Source: Candidatus Micrarchaeia archaeon (GTDB lineage Archaea; Micrarchaeota; Micrarchaeia; Burarchaeales; Fermentimicrarchaeaceae). Taken from it: 64,000 nucleotides of DNA. Positions within the stretch are counted from its first letter, which is position 1. Every line of letters starts with the position of its first letter. This document shows positions 36,985-46,022 of the stretch, piece after piece. The position numbers and the translations under genes are program-made. The DNA lies in assembly GCA_038871515.1 (NCBI GenBank), contig JAVZHX010000003.1, positions 47,860-111,859 on the forward strand, written 5' to 3'. The notes beneath the pieces were generated by a model. It was not told where the DNA came from, searched no databases, and saw only the letters and a program-made list of their open reading frames with translations.

Positions 36985-38732
36985 ATCAAACCTCTCAGAT
37001 ATTCATGAATTTTTTCTTCAAGTTTATTAATTTCGATATCAATTCTGTGAAGCTCTTCCCATTCTTTATTAATATCTATCTTTTCCTCTTCCTCCTCACG
37101 AAAAACATAAAGCGTGACATTCAAATTGTAATCATTTTCTTTTATTTCCTCTAAGGAAAAAATTTTTGAAAAACCAGAAATTTCCTTAAACTCTTTATAA
37201 GCATTGGAGATTTTTTCTATATTCTTATCTGCCAATTTATTCAATCTTCTAACTTCTGGATGCTGCTCATATTCACCGCTAGCATTGATGATTAGAATCT
37301 TTCCCTTTCTCTCACTTGGTTTGTTTTTATTGAGTATCATTATAGCTCCTGGAGCCCCTGTATTGTAGAATAACTTCTCAGGTAAAAGAATAACGCATTC
37401 TATTAAATCCCTATCCAGAATACTTGCTCTTATAGCTCTCTCTTTTCCTCCTCGGAATAAGCAACCATTATCAATTACAATCCCAACTCTTCCAGTATCA
37501 TCTTTTGCTGATGCGAGCATGTGCTGAACCCAAGCCCAATCTGCAGACTGTCTTGGAGTGAACCCATAGATAAAACGTTTTTTCCAGAATTCCCCTTTTT
37601 TCAAGTTACTTTCATCATATCCGTCCTGGTTCCAAGGCGGATTTGCTATAACTACATCAAATCTTTTGTATTCCTCTCCTTCCTTGAATTTTGGGTATAA
37701 GAGCGTATCACCAAAAGCAAGCTGCGAATCTCGGATATCATGAATATACATGTTCATTTTTGCTAATGCGATGGTTTTTTGATTGACTTCCTGACCATAG
37801 AGGAAAAGCTTTCTAGCTCCTTCCTTTCCATACTTTTCCTCAACGTGCTTGTATGATGTAATTAACATGCCACCAGAGCCACATGCCGGATCGTAAACGG
37901 ATTCTTGCGGTTTTGGCTCTAGCATCTCAACCAGCAGTTTTATTACCTCTCTTGGAGTGTAGATTTCACCTTCTTTTGCTTTAGTGGGCGCAAAATACCC
38001 CAAAACCCATTCGTACCCATCCCCCAGAATATCTGGGGAAGCATGACTCAGTTTTTTCTTACTGAATAACTCGACAAGCTGTCTCAACACCTCGGCATTT
38101 TCGGTACTGGAGGTGAATTGAATAAAATCAACGTTATCAAACACGTCTTTCAATTCGGGGTTTTTTTCAGCAATAGTTTTCAATGCTCTTGAGAACTTCT
38201 CAGGGAGAACCCCAACTTCTTTTCTTATATTATCCCAAAGAAATTCCTCTGGCAAATCAAACTCATGAAACGTTGAACTTTTTGCTTCCTTTTTTGCTTC
38301 CTCCTCACTTAATCCATCCTTCAAAGCATCCTCATATGCTTTCTTATACTCCTCCTCCCACCTATCACTTATTCTTTTCATAAAAAGAAGCACAAGAAGA
38401 AAGGTGTAATCTACTCTTGTTCGTATTATATCCGCACCTTTTTTCAACAAGCTTATCAGCTCATCTCTGGTTAGAGTTTGGCTTGACGGCTCTGATTCCT
38501 CAGCTTTCAGCTTATATATGCTTCTCCTCGCATCTGCTGGATCAGCTTTGATTTCTAAAAAACCTGCTTTTCTCAACTCTGAAAGAAAAACAGGTACATC
38601 TGCCCTTTTATCTTTATTTTTCATCTCAAGCACGTGGGCAGCATCCTCAAGTCTGAATTCAGAATCCTTGAAAGCCTCCCAAAGAATGGAATAACGATTT
38701 TTGAGCCATCTTGGTAATTCGGAGTTTATCAT
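36981..38732 (-). CDS. hsdM: Type I RM methyltransferase (m6A) with N-terminal wHTH
   Basis: GEIYTP, YDPACGSGG, NPPW, LFYNTG; N-terminal LSELRKAG..DPADARRSIYKL. Confidence 0.95.
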   Translation of the reverse strand: MINSELPRWLKNRYSILWEAFKDSEFRLEDAAHVLEMKNKDKRADVPVFLSELRKAGFLEIKADPADARRSIYKLKAEESEPSSQTLTRDELISLLKKGADIIRTRVDYTFLLVLLFMKRISDRWEEEYKKAYEDALKDGLSEEEAKKEAKSSTFHEFDLPEEFLWDNIRKEVGVLPEKFSRALKTIAEKNPELKDVFDNVDFIQFTSSTENAEVLRQLVELFSKKKLSHASPDILGDGYEWVLGYFAPTKAKEGEIYTPREVIKLLVEMLEPKPQESVYDPACGSGGMLITSYKHVEEKYGKEGARKLFLYGQEVNQKTIALAKMNMYIHDIRDSQLAFGDTLLYPKFKEGEEYKRFDVVIANPPWNQDGYDESNLKKGEFWKKRFIYGFTPRQSADWAWVQHMLASAKDDTGRVGIVIDNGCLFRGGKERAIRASILDRDLIECVILLPEKLFYNTGAPGAIMILNKNKPSERKGKILIINASGEYEQHPEVRRLNKLADKNIEKISNAYKEFKEISGFSKIFSLEEIKENDYNLNVTLYVFREEEEEKIDINKEWEELHRIDIEINKLEEKIHEYLRGLI

Positions 38733-38807
38733 AAAATTACACCCCCCTTAGGTTATCCATCTTGGTAATTCGGAGTTTATCATAAAATTACACCCCCCTT
38801 AGGTTAT
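38706..38807. repeat. Perfect 51-bp tandem duplication spanning the hsdM RBS and start
   Basis: 38706-38756 is identical to 38757-38807. Confidence 0.92.
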
Positions 38808-38894
38808 ATCACTTTCTAGTATATAAGCTTTTTGTTTATTATATAAGTAAAATGTTTATTACTTATTGAATAAATACGAATTGAGGCATCCAAC

Positions 38895-39497
38895 TTACAA
38901 ATTATGAACCACTCTTAACTTTCCACTAATCCACAAATCCGCCGGCGTCACTATCCCAACAATCCTCCCTCCCTCAGTCACAACCACCGCAGGATGCTCA
39001 TACAGAAGCATCTTGCAGGTGCTCCTTGAAGCATTCACAGAAAGAGTGGGAAAGGGCTCTCCATACCTCACCTCCCTTATCCTCTTCTCCTTCGGCTCAT
39101 CCATCAAATCTTTCATTGTTAAACTTCCAACCATTCTCTCCCCATCCCACACCACCAGCTGGGAATACTCCCCCTTCCCATCCCCAACCACCATTCTCCT
39201 TCTCGCCGTCCCCACAGTATCATCAAGCTGCACCCCAACTGGATGACACCTCTTCATAAACTTCTCAACTCTCTCCTCCTTCTCAAGGCTCTCAAGCACC
39301 TCAAGTATTTTCTGAAGCTGCTTATAAGAAGGCTCCATTCTCCCGCTCTCTATTTTTGACATCGTCCCCCTCTGCACCCCAACAAGCTCAGCGAGCTTTC
39401 TCTGTTTTATCCCAAGCGCCTCCCTCTTGCACCTTATGCGCTCCCTCAGATACTCAATTGGAGGCAGAGTTTCGTAATGCACAAGTTTCTGCTTCAT
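38895..39497 (-). CDS. XRE-HTH plus CBS-pair transcriptional regulator
   Basis: GIKQRKLAELVGV..SKIESG..PSY; CBS motifs GSLT..DL and GIVT.ADL. Confidence 0.88.
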   Translation of the reverse strand: MKQKLVHYETLPPIEYLRERIRCKREALGIKQRKLAELVGVQRGTMSKIESGRMEPSYKQLQKILEVLESLEKEERVEKFMKRCHPVGVQLDDTVGTARRRMVVGDGKGEYSQLVVWDGERMVGSLTMKDLMDEPKEKRIREVRYGEPFPTLSVNASRSTCKMLLYEHPAVVVTEGGRIVGIVTPADLWISGKLRVVHNL

Positions 39498-39611
39498 TCT
39501 CCCACCAACTATATTATGTTAATGGGGGTTTATAAATGTTTCCTATAAAGAAACTTTTTTCACATTTTATTATTTATAAAGAAACTTAAATAATACTTAT
39601 CAGGTGATTTA

Positions 39612-39785
39612 ATGAAAATATCCGTAATGGGTTTGGAAAGAGAGGAGCTTGAGGGAATTATTGAAAAGCTCAGCAGGCTTCCCCAGCTCGGCGGAGTAAA
39701 GTTTGTTGAGGTGAAGCCACTTGGAGATGGATTCAACGGAGGAAAGGTTTGGGGCTTCATTGTGACAGAGAGGGTGGTTGCTTGA
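39612..39785 (+). CDS. Microprotein (57 aa), probable third member of the 4352/46023 family
   Basis: SD AGGTGA; MKISVMGLEREELEGIIEKL...VKPLGD; below the ORF-track cutoff. Confidence 0.65.
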   Translation: MKISVMGLEREELEGIIEKLSRLPQLGGVKFVEVKPLGDGFNGGKVWGFIVTERVVA

Positions 39786-39964
39786 GCGCTAAAAGAAGGA
39801 AACAGATAAGGGAGAGATGCGGGGGAGCAATAACAATAGCAACAGAAGGAGCTGTTATACAGGTTGCTTCTGACAGCCTAGAGGATTCAGAGAGGATTGC
39901 AATGACCCTGATGAACCACCTGAAGCAGGGAAAGCAGGCAAGCCATTCCACAGACCATATCTAG
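39782..39964 (+). CDS. Small hypothetical protein
   Basis: TTG start overlaps the TGA of the previous ORF; SD GGTGG. Confidence 0.5.
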   Translation: MSAKRRKQIRERCGGAITIATEGAVIQVASDSLEDSERIAMTLMNHLKQGKQASHSTDHI

Positions 39965-39983
39965 GAGCAGGTATGAATTTAGA

Positions 39984-40071
39984 TGGACCGGGCGGGATTC
40001 GAACCCGCAGCCTTTGCCTTTTCCGCAAGGAGTGACGCGAAGGCAACGATCTACCATTGATCTACCGGCCC
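39984..40071 (-). tRNA. tRNA-Ala(CGC) with a 16-nt intron at 37/38 (40020-40035)
   Basis: Acceptor GGGCCGG/CCGGTCC-A with G3:U70, GTTCGAATC T-loop, TTGCC/GGCAA anticodon stem, canonical bulge-helix-bulge; CCA not encoded. Confidence 0.93.
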
Positions 40072-40111
40072 GTGAGGTGATATTGGGGGGAAATTTGTTA
40101 ATAATAGTTGT

Positions 40112-40951
40112 TTATTCCCTCAGCAGCAACCTCAGATTAACATCAATTGCTTTCGGGGAGTGAGTGAGACACCCCATTGAAATATAATCAATATCATACT
40201 TCGCATACTCCTTCACTTTTTCAAGCGTTATCCCTCCAGCAACCTCAACAAGCACCTTCTCCCTCAACCCTTGCTCTTTCAGCAGCTTCAGCGACTTCTC
40301 AATTTCAGGGAAAGGCATGTTGTCAAACATTATTATATCCGCCCCATTCTTTGCTGCCTCAAGCACATCAGCTGCTGTTTTCACCTCTATGCATATCTTC
40401 TTTGTAAAGCTAACATGCTCCCTTGCCCTTCTCAAGCACTCCTCAACGCTCCCCACAACCCTCAGGTGGTTTCTCTTTATTATAATTTCATCATCCAGCC
40501 TCCACCTCTCCGGGTCTCCTCCCCCAATCTGAACTGCTTTCTTATCCAAATAACCAAGCACAGTTTTTCTCGTGCAGGTTATTTTCACCTTTGGGTTAAC
40601 CTCACTTGCAAGCTTCACAGCTTTGTTTGTCATCGTTGCAATCCCGCTCATCCTCTGAATGATATTCAAAGCAGTCCTTTCTGCCTCAAACAACCTTCTG
40701 CTGTTGCCACTCACCTCAAGAAGCACATCCCCCTCCCGCATCTCCGCTCCCTCACGCATTATCTCTTTCACGTTGAGGGTGTTCTGCTTGAAAAGATGGG
40801 CAGCCTCCTCAACTCCCGCACAGATTCCCTCCTCCATCGCAACAACCTCTGCTCTGAGCTCCAGATTTTTAGGAATAAGCGCAGCAGTCGTAATATCCCT
40901 GAACCCAATATCCTCCCTCATTATCTCAGTTATAATCTCCCTCCATCCCAT
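40112..40951 (-). CDS. nadC: Quinolinate phosphoribosyltransferase-like protein
   Basis: ED..DIT, ERTALN..MSGIAT, TRKT, MFDN, GGIT, THS; atypical DPER and KRNH motifs. Confidence 0.82.
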   Translation of the reverse strand: MGWREIITEIMREDIGFRDITTAALIPKNLELRAEVVAMEEGICAGVEEAAHLFKQNTLNVKEIMREGAEMREGDVLLEVSGNSRRLFEAERTALNIIQRMSGIATMTNKAVKLASEVNPKVKITCTRKTVLGYLDKKAVQIGGGDPERWRLDDEIIIKRNHLRVVGSVEECLRRAREHVSFTKKICIEVKTAADVLEAAKNGADIIMFDNMPFPEIEKSLKLLKEQGLREKVLVEVAGGITLEKVKEYAKYDIDYISMGCLTHSPKAIDVNLRLLLRE

Positions 40952-41023
40952 TTTCCCACCCAAATTATTTGAGGAAAGGGTATTTATAAAGTTTCAATAT
41001 AAATTAACTTGAAAGGTGAACCG

Positions 41024-42385
41024 ATGTTCATAAGCAGAGAAAACATTGCGCTGCTCACGGATTTATATCAACTTACAATGAGCGCAGCTTACTTTGAGAA
41101 AATTAGGGAAGTTGAAGCGACATTTGATTTATTCATAAGAGAAATGCCGCAGAGAAGAAATTACTTAATTGCAGCTGGTTTGGAGCAGGCGCTTGATTAT
41201 TTAACGAATTTTCACTTCACAGAGGAATGCATCTCCTACTTAAATGAACAGAAGCTTTTCAAGGATGAGTTTCTTGCGTATTTAAGAAAATTGAGATTCA
41301 CAGGAGAAGTATGGGCAGTTCCCGAGGGGAATGTTATCTTTCCAAAGGAGCCACTGCTGAGAGTAACTGCCCCAATCATAGAAGCACAGCTTGTTGAAAC
41401 CTATCTTCTGAACACAATTGGCTTTCAAACCCTTATCGCATCAAAAGCAGCAAGAGTTGTTGAAGCAGCGAGAGGAAGGGGAGTTGTTGACTTTGCATTG
41501 AGAAGAGTTCATGGAGCAGATGCAGGTGTGAAGGGAAGCAGGGCAAGCTACATAGGCGGTTGCATTGGAACCTCAAACGTGCTTGCTGGAATGCTTTACG
41601 GAATTCCAATTTACGGAACAGTTGCTCATTCCTTCATAATGGCGCATGAAAGAGAAATTGATGCATTCAGAAACTACGCAGAAGTTTTTCCAGATAGGTG
41701 TCTCCTTCTAATAGACACATACGACACAATTGAGGGAGCAAGGAATGCGGTGAGGGTTGCAAAGGAGCTTGAAAGGAAGGAAAAGAGAATGATTGGGGTA
41801 AGATTGGACAGCGGTGATTTAGTTAAACTGAGCAAGGAAGTGAGGGGAATTTTTGATGAGAATAATTTGAAATATTTGAAAATATTTGCAAGCGGAAACT
41901 TGGATGAATACAAAATTGAGAAACTCCTTAAAAAAGGAGCGCCAATAGACATGTTTGGAGTTGGCACTGCAATGGGAGTCTCAAGCGACAGCCCAGTTGT
42001 CAACGGCAACTACAAGCTTGTTGAGTTAAGGGATGAGAGAGGAAATGAGTTGCCCAGAATGAAACTGAGCACAGGGAAGGTAACCCTCCCAGGAAAGAAA
42101 CAAATTTACAGGTTTTACAGAAACAAACTTTATTCACATGACGTAATTGCACTGGAGGAGGAGAAGTTAAATGGTGAGAAATTGCTTGTGAAATTCATGG
42201 AAAAAGGAAAAGTTACAAAGAAACTTCCCAAGCTGAACGAAATAAGGGAGAACTGCAGAAAAAATATTTCAAAATTACCTGAAAAATACAGAAAGTTAAG
42301 CAAAGCTCCTCCCTACCCTGTTCTGCTCAGCAAAAAACTTCAGAAGCTTGTGGAAGAGATGAAAAGAAAGTATTCAAATGCTTGA
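41024..42385 (+). CDS. pncB: Nicotinate phosphoribosyltransferase
   Basis: LLTDLYQLTM, DFALRR, GTVAHS, IDTYD, RLDSGD, FGVGT. Confidence 0.95.
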   Translation: MFISRENIALLTDLYQLTMSAAYFEKIREVEATFDLFIREMPQRRNYLIAAGLEQALDYLTNFHFTEECISYLNEQKLFKDEFLAYLRKLRFTGEVWAVPEGNVIFPKEPLLRVTAPIIEAQLVETYLLNTIGFQTLIASKAARVVEAARGRGVVDFALRRVHGADAGVKGSRASYIGGCIGTSNVLAGMLYGIPIYGTVAHSFIMAHEREIDAFRNYAEVFPDRCLLLIDTYDTIEGARNAVRVAKELERKEKRMIGVRLDSGDLVKLSKEVRGIFDENNLKYLKIFASGNLDEYKIEKLLKKGAPIDMFGVGTAMGVSSDSPVVNGNYKLVELRDERGNELPRMKLSTGKVTLPGKKQIYRFYRNKLYSHDVIALEEEKLNGEKLLVKFMEKGKVTKKLPKLNEIRENCRKNISKLPEKYRKLSKAPPYPVLLSKKLQKLVEEMKRKYSNA

Positions 42386-43444
42386 ATTTTCCTTTTTTAT
42401 GTATAATCTTCCTTCCCGTACTTGAAGAAGAACCGTATCGCCTTTCTCAAACTTTTCCCTCATACTTTTGGGTATATTAATTTCAAAGAAAGGCCCATAA
42501 TCTCTCTCAACTTTTGTGATTTTTGCGACATCACGCTTTTCTCTCACCTCTAGCCAGAGTGATTTATTGATTCCATCATCTAGAAATGTCCAGAACCCGT
42601 ATTGCCCTGGTCTGATATGCGCTTTCTCAGCTATTTCGTGAGGGATGGTGATACTTGCGCTGTTACTGCTAAGTCGCTGAAGTTTCCTTGCGTACGGTGT
42701 ATCCTTTTCAGCCTTTGTGAGGCGAAATAAACCACTCTCCTCACTCCACGCTCCATACTCGCCAACTTTCAATCCGGCGGCAAGCAACATACTTTCAGGG
42801 ACTACGATAGTAAATGAAACTTTACCTATTCGAATATTATCCTCTGAAGTACTGCTGAGATAGATTTTAGCCGGCATTTCTGTCTCTTTGAGCGGAGTCA
42901 GTATCAGATACTCTCCCTCCCAACAAAGCTTGCATGATCCTCCTACTTCCAACCCCATAAGACGGGATATTCCTATGGGAATACGTATGGACCAGTTATC
43001 CTGGATTTTTGTAGAATATTGCTCTTCACCAATTACGTATCTGAAGAACTGCCAAGCATTCTTTTCCGTCTCACTTTTTACAGGATTCAACAAGCCTAGC
43101 AGGTTCCTTAAGTGCTCATCCGCTACTTTCCTGTCGGAGATATTTATTGGATTGAGGGAGGAGTTAAAGCTGGTGGTGAAAAGCTTCCCTCCTTTTATCT
43201 CTGAAACAGTTGCCCTGTTGAAGTTGCCAGCGAAGTAGGTAATTTCTACCCTCACAGCAGGCATCATCTGTCCCTTCTCATCTCTGCATTTTCTCTTACT
43301 CTCCCACACTTCCCTTTTCCATTCCTTTTTGGAATGAACATTTTTTGGTTCAAAAGGAATTCCAGTACCCAAGGTGGCAATTTCCACTTCCTTGCTCATC
43401 ACTTCCTCTCCAAAAAAACGGCACTTTTCAAGTTTTTTCTGCAT
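42374..43444 (-). CDS. Protein with four tandem AbrB/SpoVT-like domains
   Basis: IRIP..MGLEVG, IVVP..AGLKVG, ITIP..HIRPG, INIPK..KGDTV. Confidence 0.65.
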   Translation of the reverse strand: MQKKLEKCRFFGEEVMSKEVEIATLGTGIPFEPKNVHSKKEWKREVWESKRKCRDEKGQMMPAVRVEITYFAGNFNRATVSEIKGGKLFTTSFNSSLNPINISDRKVADEHLRNLLGLLNPVKSETEKNAWQFFRYVIGEEQYSTKIQDNWSIRIPIGISRLMGLEVGGSCKLCWEGEYLILTPLKETEMPAKIYLSSTSEDNIRIGKVSFTIVVPESMLLAAGLKVGEYGAWSEESGLFRLTKAEKDTPYARKLQRLSSNSASITIPHEIAEKAHIRPGQYGFWTFLDDGINKSLWLEVREKRDVAKITKVERDYGPFFEINIPKSMREKFEKGDTVLLQVREGRLYIKKENSSI

Positions 43445-43475
43445 GTGTTATATTGGTGGTTGGAAATTTAAAAAG

Positions 43476-44012
43476 CTAAAGCTCCTTTATCACTTCCTCA
43501 ACTTTCTTCACTTCTGCTTTATAGCACATTTTCAGATACTCCAACCCCTCCTTGTAATCCTTCTCGGTAAACGCTTCAACCGCATCCTCCGGTATAATTA
43601 TTTTATAACCTCTGAAGAACGCATCCGCAGAGGTATGCCTCACGCAGATATTTGCGTGCAAACCAGTTATTATCACCGTGTCAACCTTCAAATCCCTCAG
43701 CAGCATATCCAAATCAGTCCCAAAGAAACCGCTGTATGTTCTCTTCCCAATCACATAATCTCCTTTCTCAGGCTTTATATCCTTAATCACCTCAGCTTCC
43801 TTGCTTCCCTTCATCCCATGCGGGCCCCATACATCCAATTCTTTGTCAATTGGAAGGTGAGCGTCATTTGAATAGATTACTGGAACTTTCTTCTTTCTCG
43901 CCTCTGCAAGCAGCTTCTTCAAAGGAGGAATTATCTTTAAAGCTCTCTCGCATTTCAATTTTCCATAAACAAAATCCTCAAGCATGTCAATTACAATCAC
44001 TGCCTTTCCCAT
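43476..44012 (-). CDS. Isochorismatase-family cysteine hydrolase, likely nicotinamidase
   Basis: VIDM..DF, D.H, K.TYSGF, G....ICV..T; next to pncB. Confidence 0.87.
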   Translation of the reverse strand: MGKAVIVIDMLEDFVYGKLKCERALKIIPPLKKLLAEARKKKVPVIYSNDAHLPIDKELDVWGPHGMKGSKEAEVIKDIKPEKGDYVIGKRTYSGFFGTDLDMLLRDLKVDTVIITGLHANICVRHTSADAFFRGYKIIIPEDAVEAFTEKDYKEGLEYLKMCYKAEVKKVEEVIKEL

Positions 44013-44089
44013 TCTCTCACCTCCTGAGTTTTTAGTGAATACATTTTTATATACATAAAGGATATAACCTTTTCAGCAGGGGTGGTGCG

Positions 44090-45214
44090 ATGGCGGAGTA
44101 TGATAAACGTGAGTTTCTCCAAAGGACTGTGCGCTTTGACAGAGTTTGCGTTGCAATACTGCTTGTTGTGTTGCTTGTGCTGCTTGCGTATAATTACGAA
44201 ATATTTTTCAAAAAAGCACCTGTTGAGGGGGAGGGTTTGCTCACAAGGATAAATGAATCAAACGTTTTCCTTTACGTGATAGTTTTCATGGCAGGGGCTT
44301 TTCTTTTTGTGAGAATGCATGAGGTAAACCTCTCTGAAAAAATAAAGATAACAAACGCCTCCCTGCTTGCAATACTCGCATCCTTCTTCATTTTCGCCAG
44401 CATATTCTTCTTTGTTGCAGGTTTCTATGATACATTTGTCTCTCCCTCAGCAACACCGAAGGAGATAAGACAGACGTATGGGTGGGTTTTGGAATTCATT
44501 CTCTACGCGGTGATTGCATACCTTCTCCTGACAATGAGCAAGAAACTGAAAAAAACTGCTGAGAGGGATTTCACCGTGAGGGTTTACTCAATAGGGACAA
44601 TACTCGCAATATTCATAATAATTATTTTTTTCATTGGTTTCACAATATGCGGAACTCAGTGTGGTGTGCTGCGCATAAGCGTAATGGATTTGGTTGAGCT
44701 GTTGATTTTCGGTGGGCTTGCGTATTTCTTCATATGGACTGAGGAATCCATACTGAGGAAGCAGGAGCTGACGAAAGAGAACCTGTACGCGCCAGGCATT
44801 GCGCTGGCGCTGTCCTGTGTGGTGATTTCAGTTGTTGCATACGCAGGAACAATAATTCACTACGTTAACATTGGGGGTGGAGTTGAGGAGCTGTTTCTCA
44901 GCCTTATCGGCTCAGTTGTGCTTGGCGCTATTGGCGTTTTCCTTGCGATAGCAGTAAGCCTTCTTTTCAGGCCAACCACGGGACAGCACATACTTTCACC
45001 GCTGCTCTTCCTTTTCGGCGCAACATACGCAATCTTCTCAATCGTTCAGCTTTTCATAGGGTTGGATAACTTCCTGAAAAGCCCCGAGCCAAATTTAAGA
45101 TGGCTGATTGCAGTTGTGCTCTTCCTCCTCCCAGCAGTGCTTGCGTATTTCATCGCGCCAATTGTTAGAAGAAAAAGCGAGGAGTATTTTGCCGAGAAAA
45201 CTCCAAGGAAGTGA
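44090..45214 (+). CDS. Polytopic membrane protein
   Basis: About 10 hydrophobic helices. Confidence 0.7.
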   Translation: MAEYDKREFLQRTVRFDRVCVAILLVVLLVLLAYNYEIFFKKAPVEGEGLLTRINESNVFLYVIVFMAGAFLFVRMHEVNLSEKIKITNASLLAILASFFIFASIFFFVAGFYDTFVSPSATPKEIRQTYGWVLEFILYAVIAYLLLTMSKKLKKTAERDFTVRVYSIGTILAIFIIIIFFIGFTICGTQCGVLRISVMDLVELLIFGGLAYFFIWTEESILRKQELTKENLYAPGIALALSCVVISVVAYAGTIIHYVNIGGGVEELFLSLIGSVVLGAIGVFLAIAVSLLFRPTTGQHILSPLLFLFGATYAIFSIVQLFIGLDNFLKSPEPNLRWLIAVVLFLLPAVLAYFIAPIVRRKSEEYFAEKTPRK

Positions 45215-45217
45215 ACG

Positions 45218-45613
45218 ATGAGATACATTTTATTCCTCTGCACCGAGAACTCGGCAAGAAGCCAGATGGCAGAGGGTTTCTTCAACTTCCATAATAGAAA
45301 CCCAGAATACAAAGGAATAAGCGCTGGCACAAAACCAGCTGAATCGGTAAAGCCGCTTGCAGTGGAAGTGATGAAAGAAAAGGGAATTGACATATCAAAC
45401 CAGAAACCGAAAAAGCTCACTTTTGAAATGATTGAGAGAGCTGAAAGGATAGTTACAATGGGGTGCACTGAGGGATGCGTTGCTGTTTCACCTGAAAAAA
45501 CAGTTGATTGGAAGCTGGAGGACCCAGCTGGAAAATCAGTTGAGAAGTTCAGGGAGGTAAGGGATGAGATTGAAAGGAGAGTGAGGGAGCTTGTGGATGA
45601 GCTGAGAGTATAG
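45218..45613 (+). CDS. arsC: Arsenate reductase (LMW-PTP type)
   Basis: FLCTENSARSQMAE, SAGT, TMGC..C, W.LEDP. Confidence 0.9.
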   Translation: MRYILFLCTENSARSQMAEGFFNFHNRNPEYKGISAGTKPAESVKPLAVEVMKEKGIDISNQKPKKLTFEMIERAERIVTMGCTEGCVAVSPEKTVDWKLEDPAGKSVEKFREVRDEIERRVRELVDELRV

Positions 45614-45653
45614 TATTTATAAGATGTATAATACACAAATTATACGTGATTAT

Positions 45654-45938
45654 ATGGCTTGGGCTTTGGATGATATAATAAAAAAACAGAAGGAGAGAGA
45701 TGTCGTATTTGATATAGTAAGGGATATGCAGCTTACTGATAGAAGCAAGCAACTTGATGTGCAGGAGGAAGTGAAAAAACTTATGCCAATCCTTAAGGAG
45801 AAAGGAGTGAAGCCGGACAGCGAGATTCTGCACGAGCAGTTAGGTAGAATGAGGGAAACGCTTGAGAAAATGGATCCTGAGAAGGCAAAGAAACTTTCCG
45901 AGTTGCAGGAGGAGCTTAAGAAAAGAAAGCTTGAATAA
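45654..45938 (+). CDS. Small helical hypothetical protein
   Basis: Charged helical ORF with a TATA-like sequence upstream. Confidence 0.55.
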   Translation: MAWALDDIIKKQKERDVVFDIVRDMQLTDRSKQLDVQEEVKKLMPILKEKGVKPDSEILHEQLGRMRETLEKMDPEKAKKLSELQEELKKRKLE

Positions 45939-45942
45939 TCAC

Positions 45943-45992
45943 TTTCACTGGAAAGTTACCCCCCTTCCGCCTATTTAAATACCCCTCAAAAC
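45943..45992 (+). promoter_or_regulatory. 50-bp element, copy 2; identical to 4276-4325
   Basis: Overlaps a perfect ACTTTC-ACTG-GAAAGT inverted repeat (45941-45956) and includes TTTAAATA. Confidence 0.85.
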
Positions 45993-46022
45993 CACTTGCT
46001 TAGCGTAAAAGAGGTGGTTGAA

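Noticed and set aside
39984..40071. tRNA-Arg(TCG) reading of the tRNA
   Set aside because: The anticodon stem register, G3:U70, A73 and BHB geometry all give Ala(CGC).
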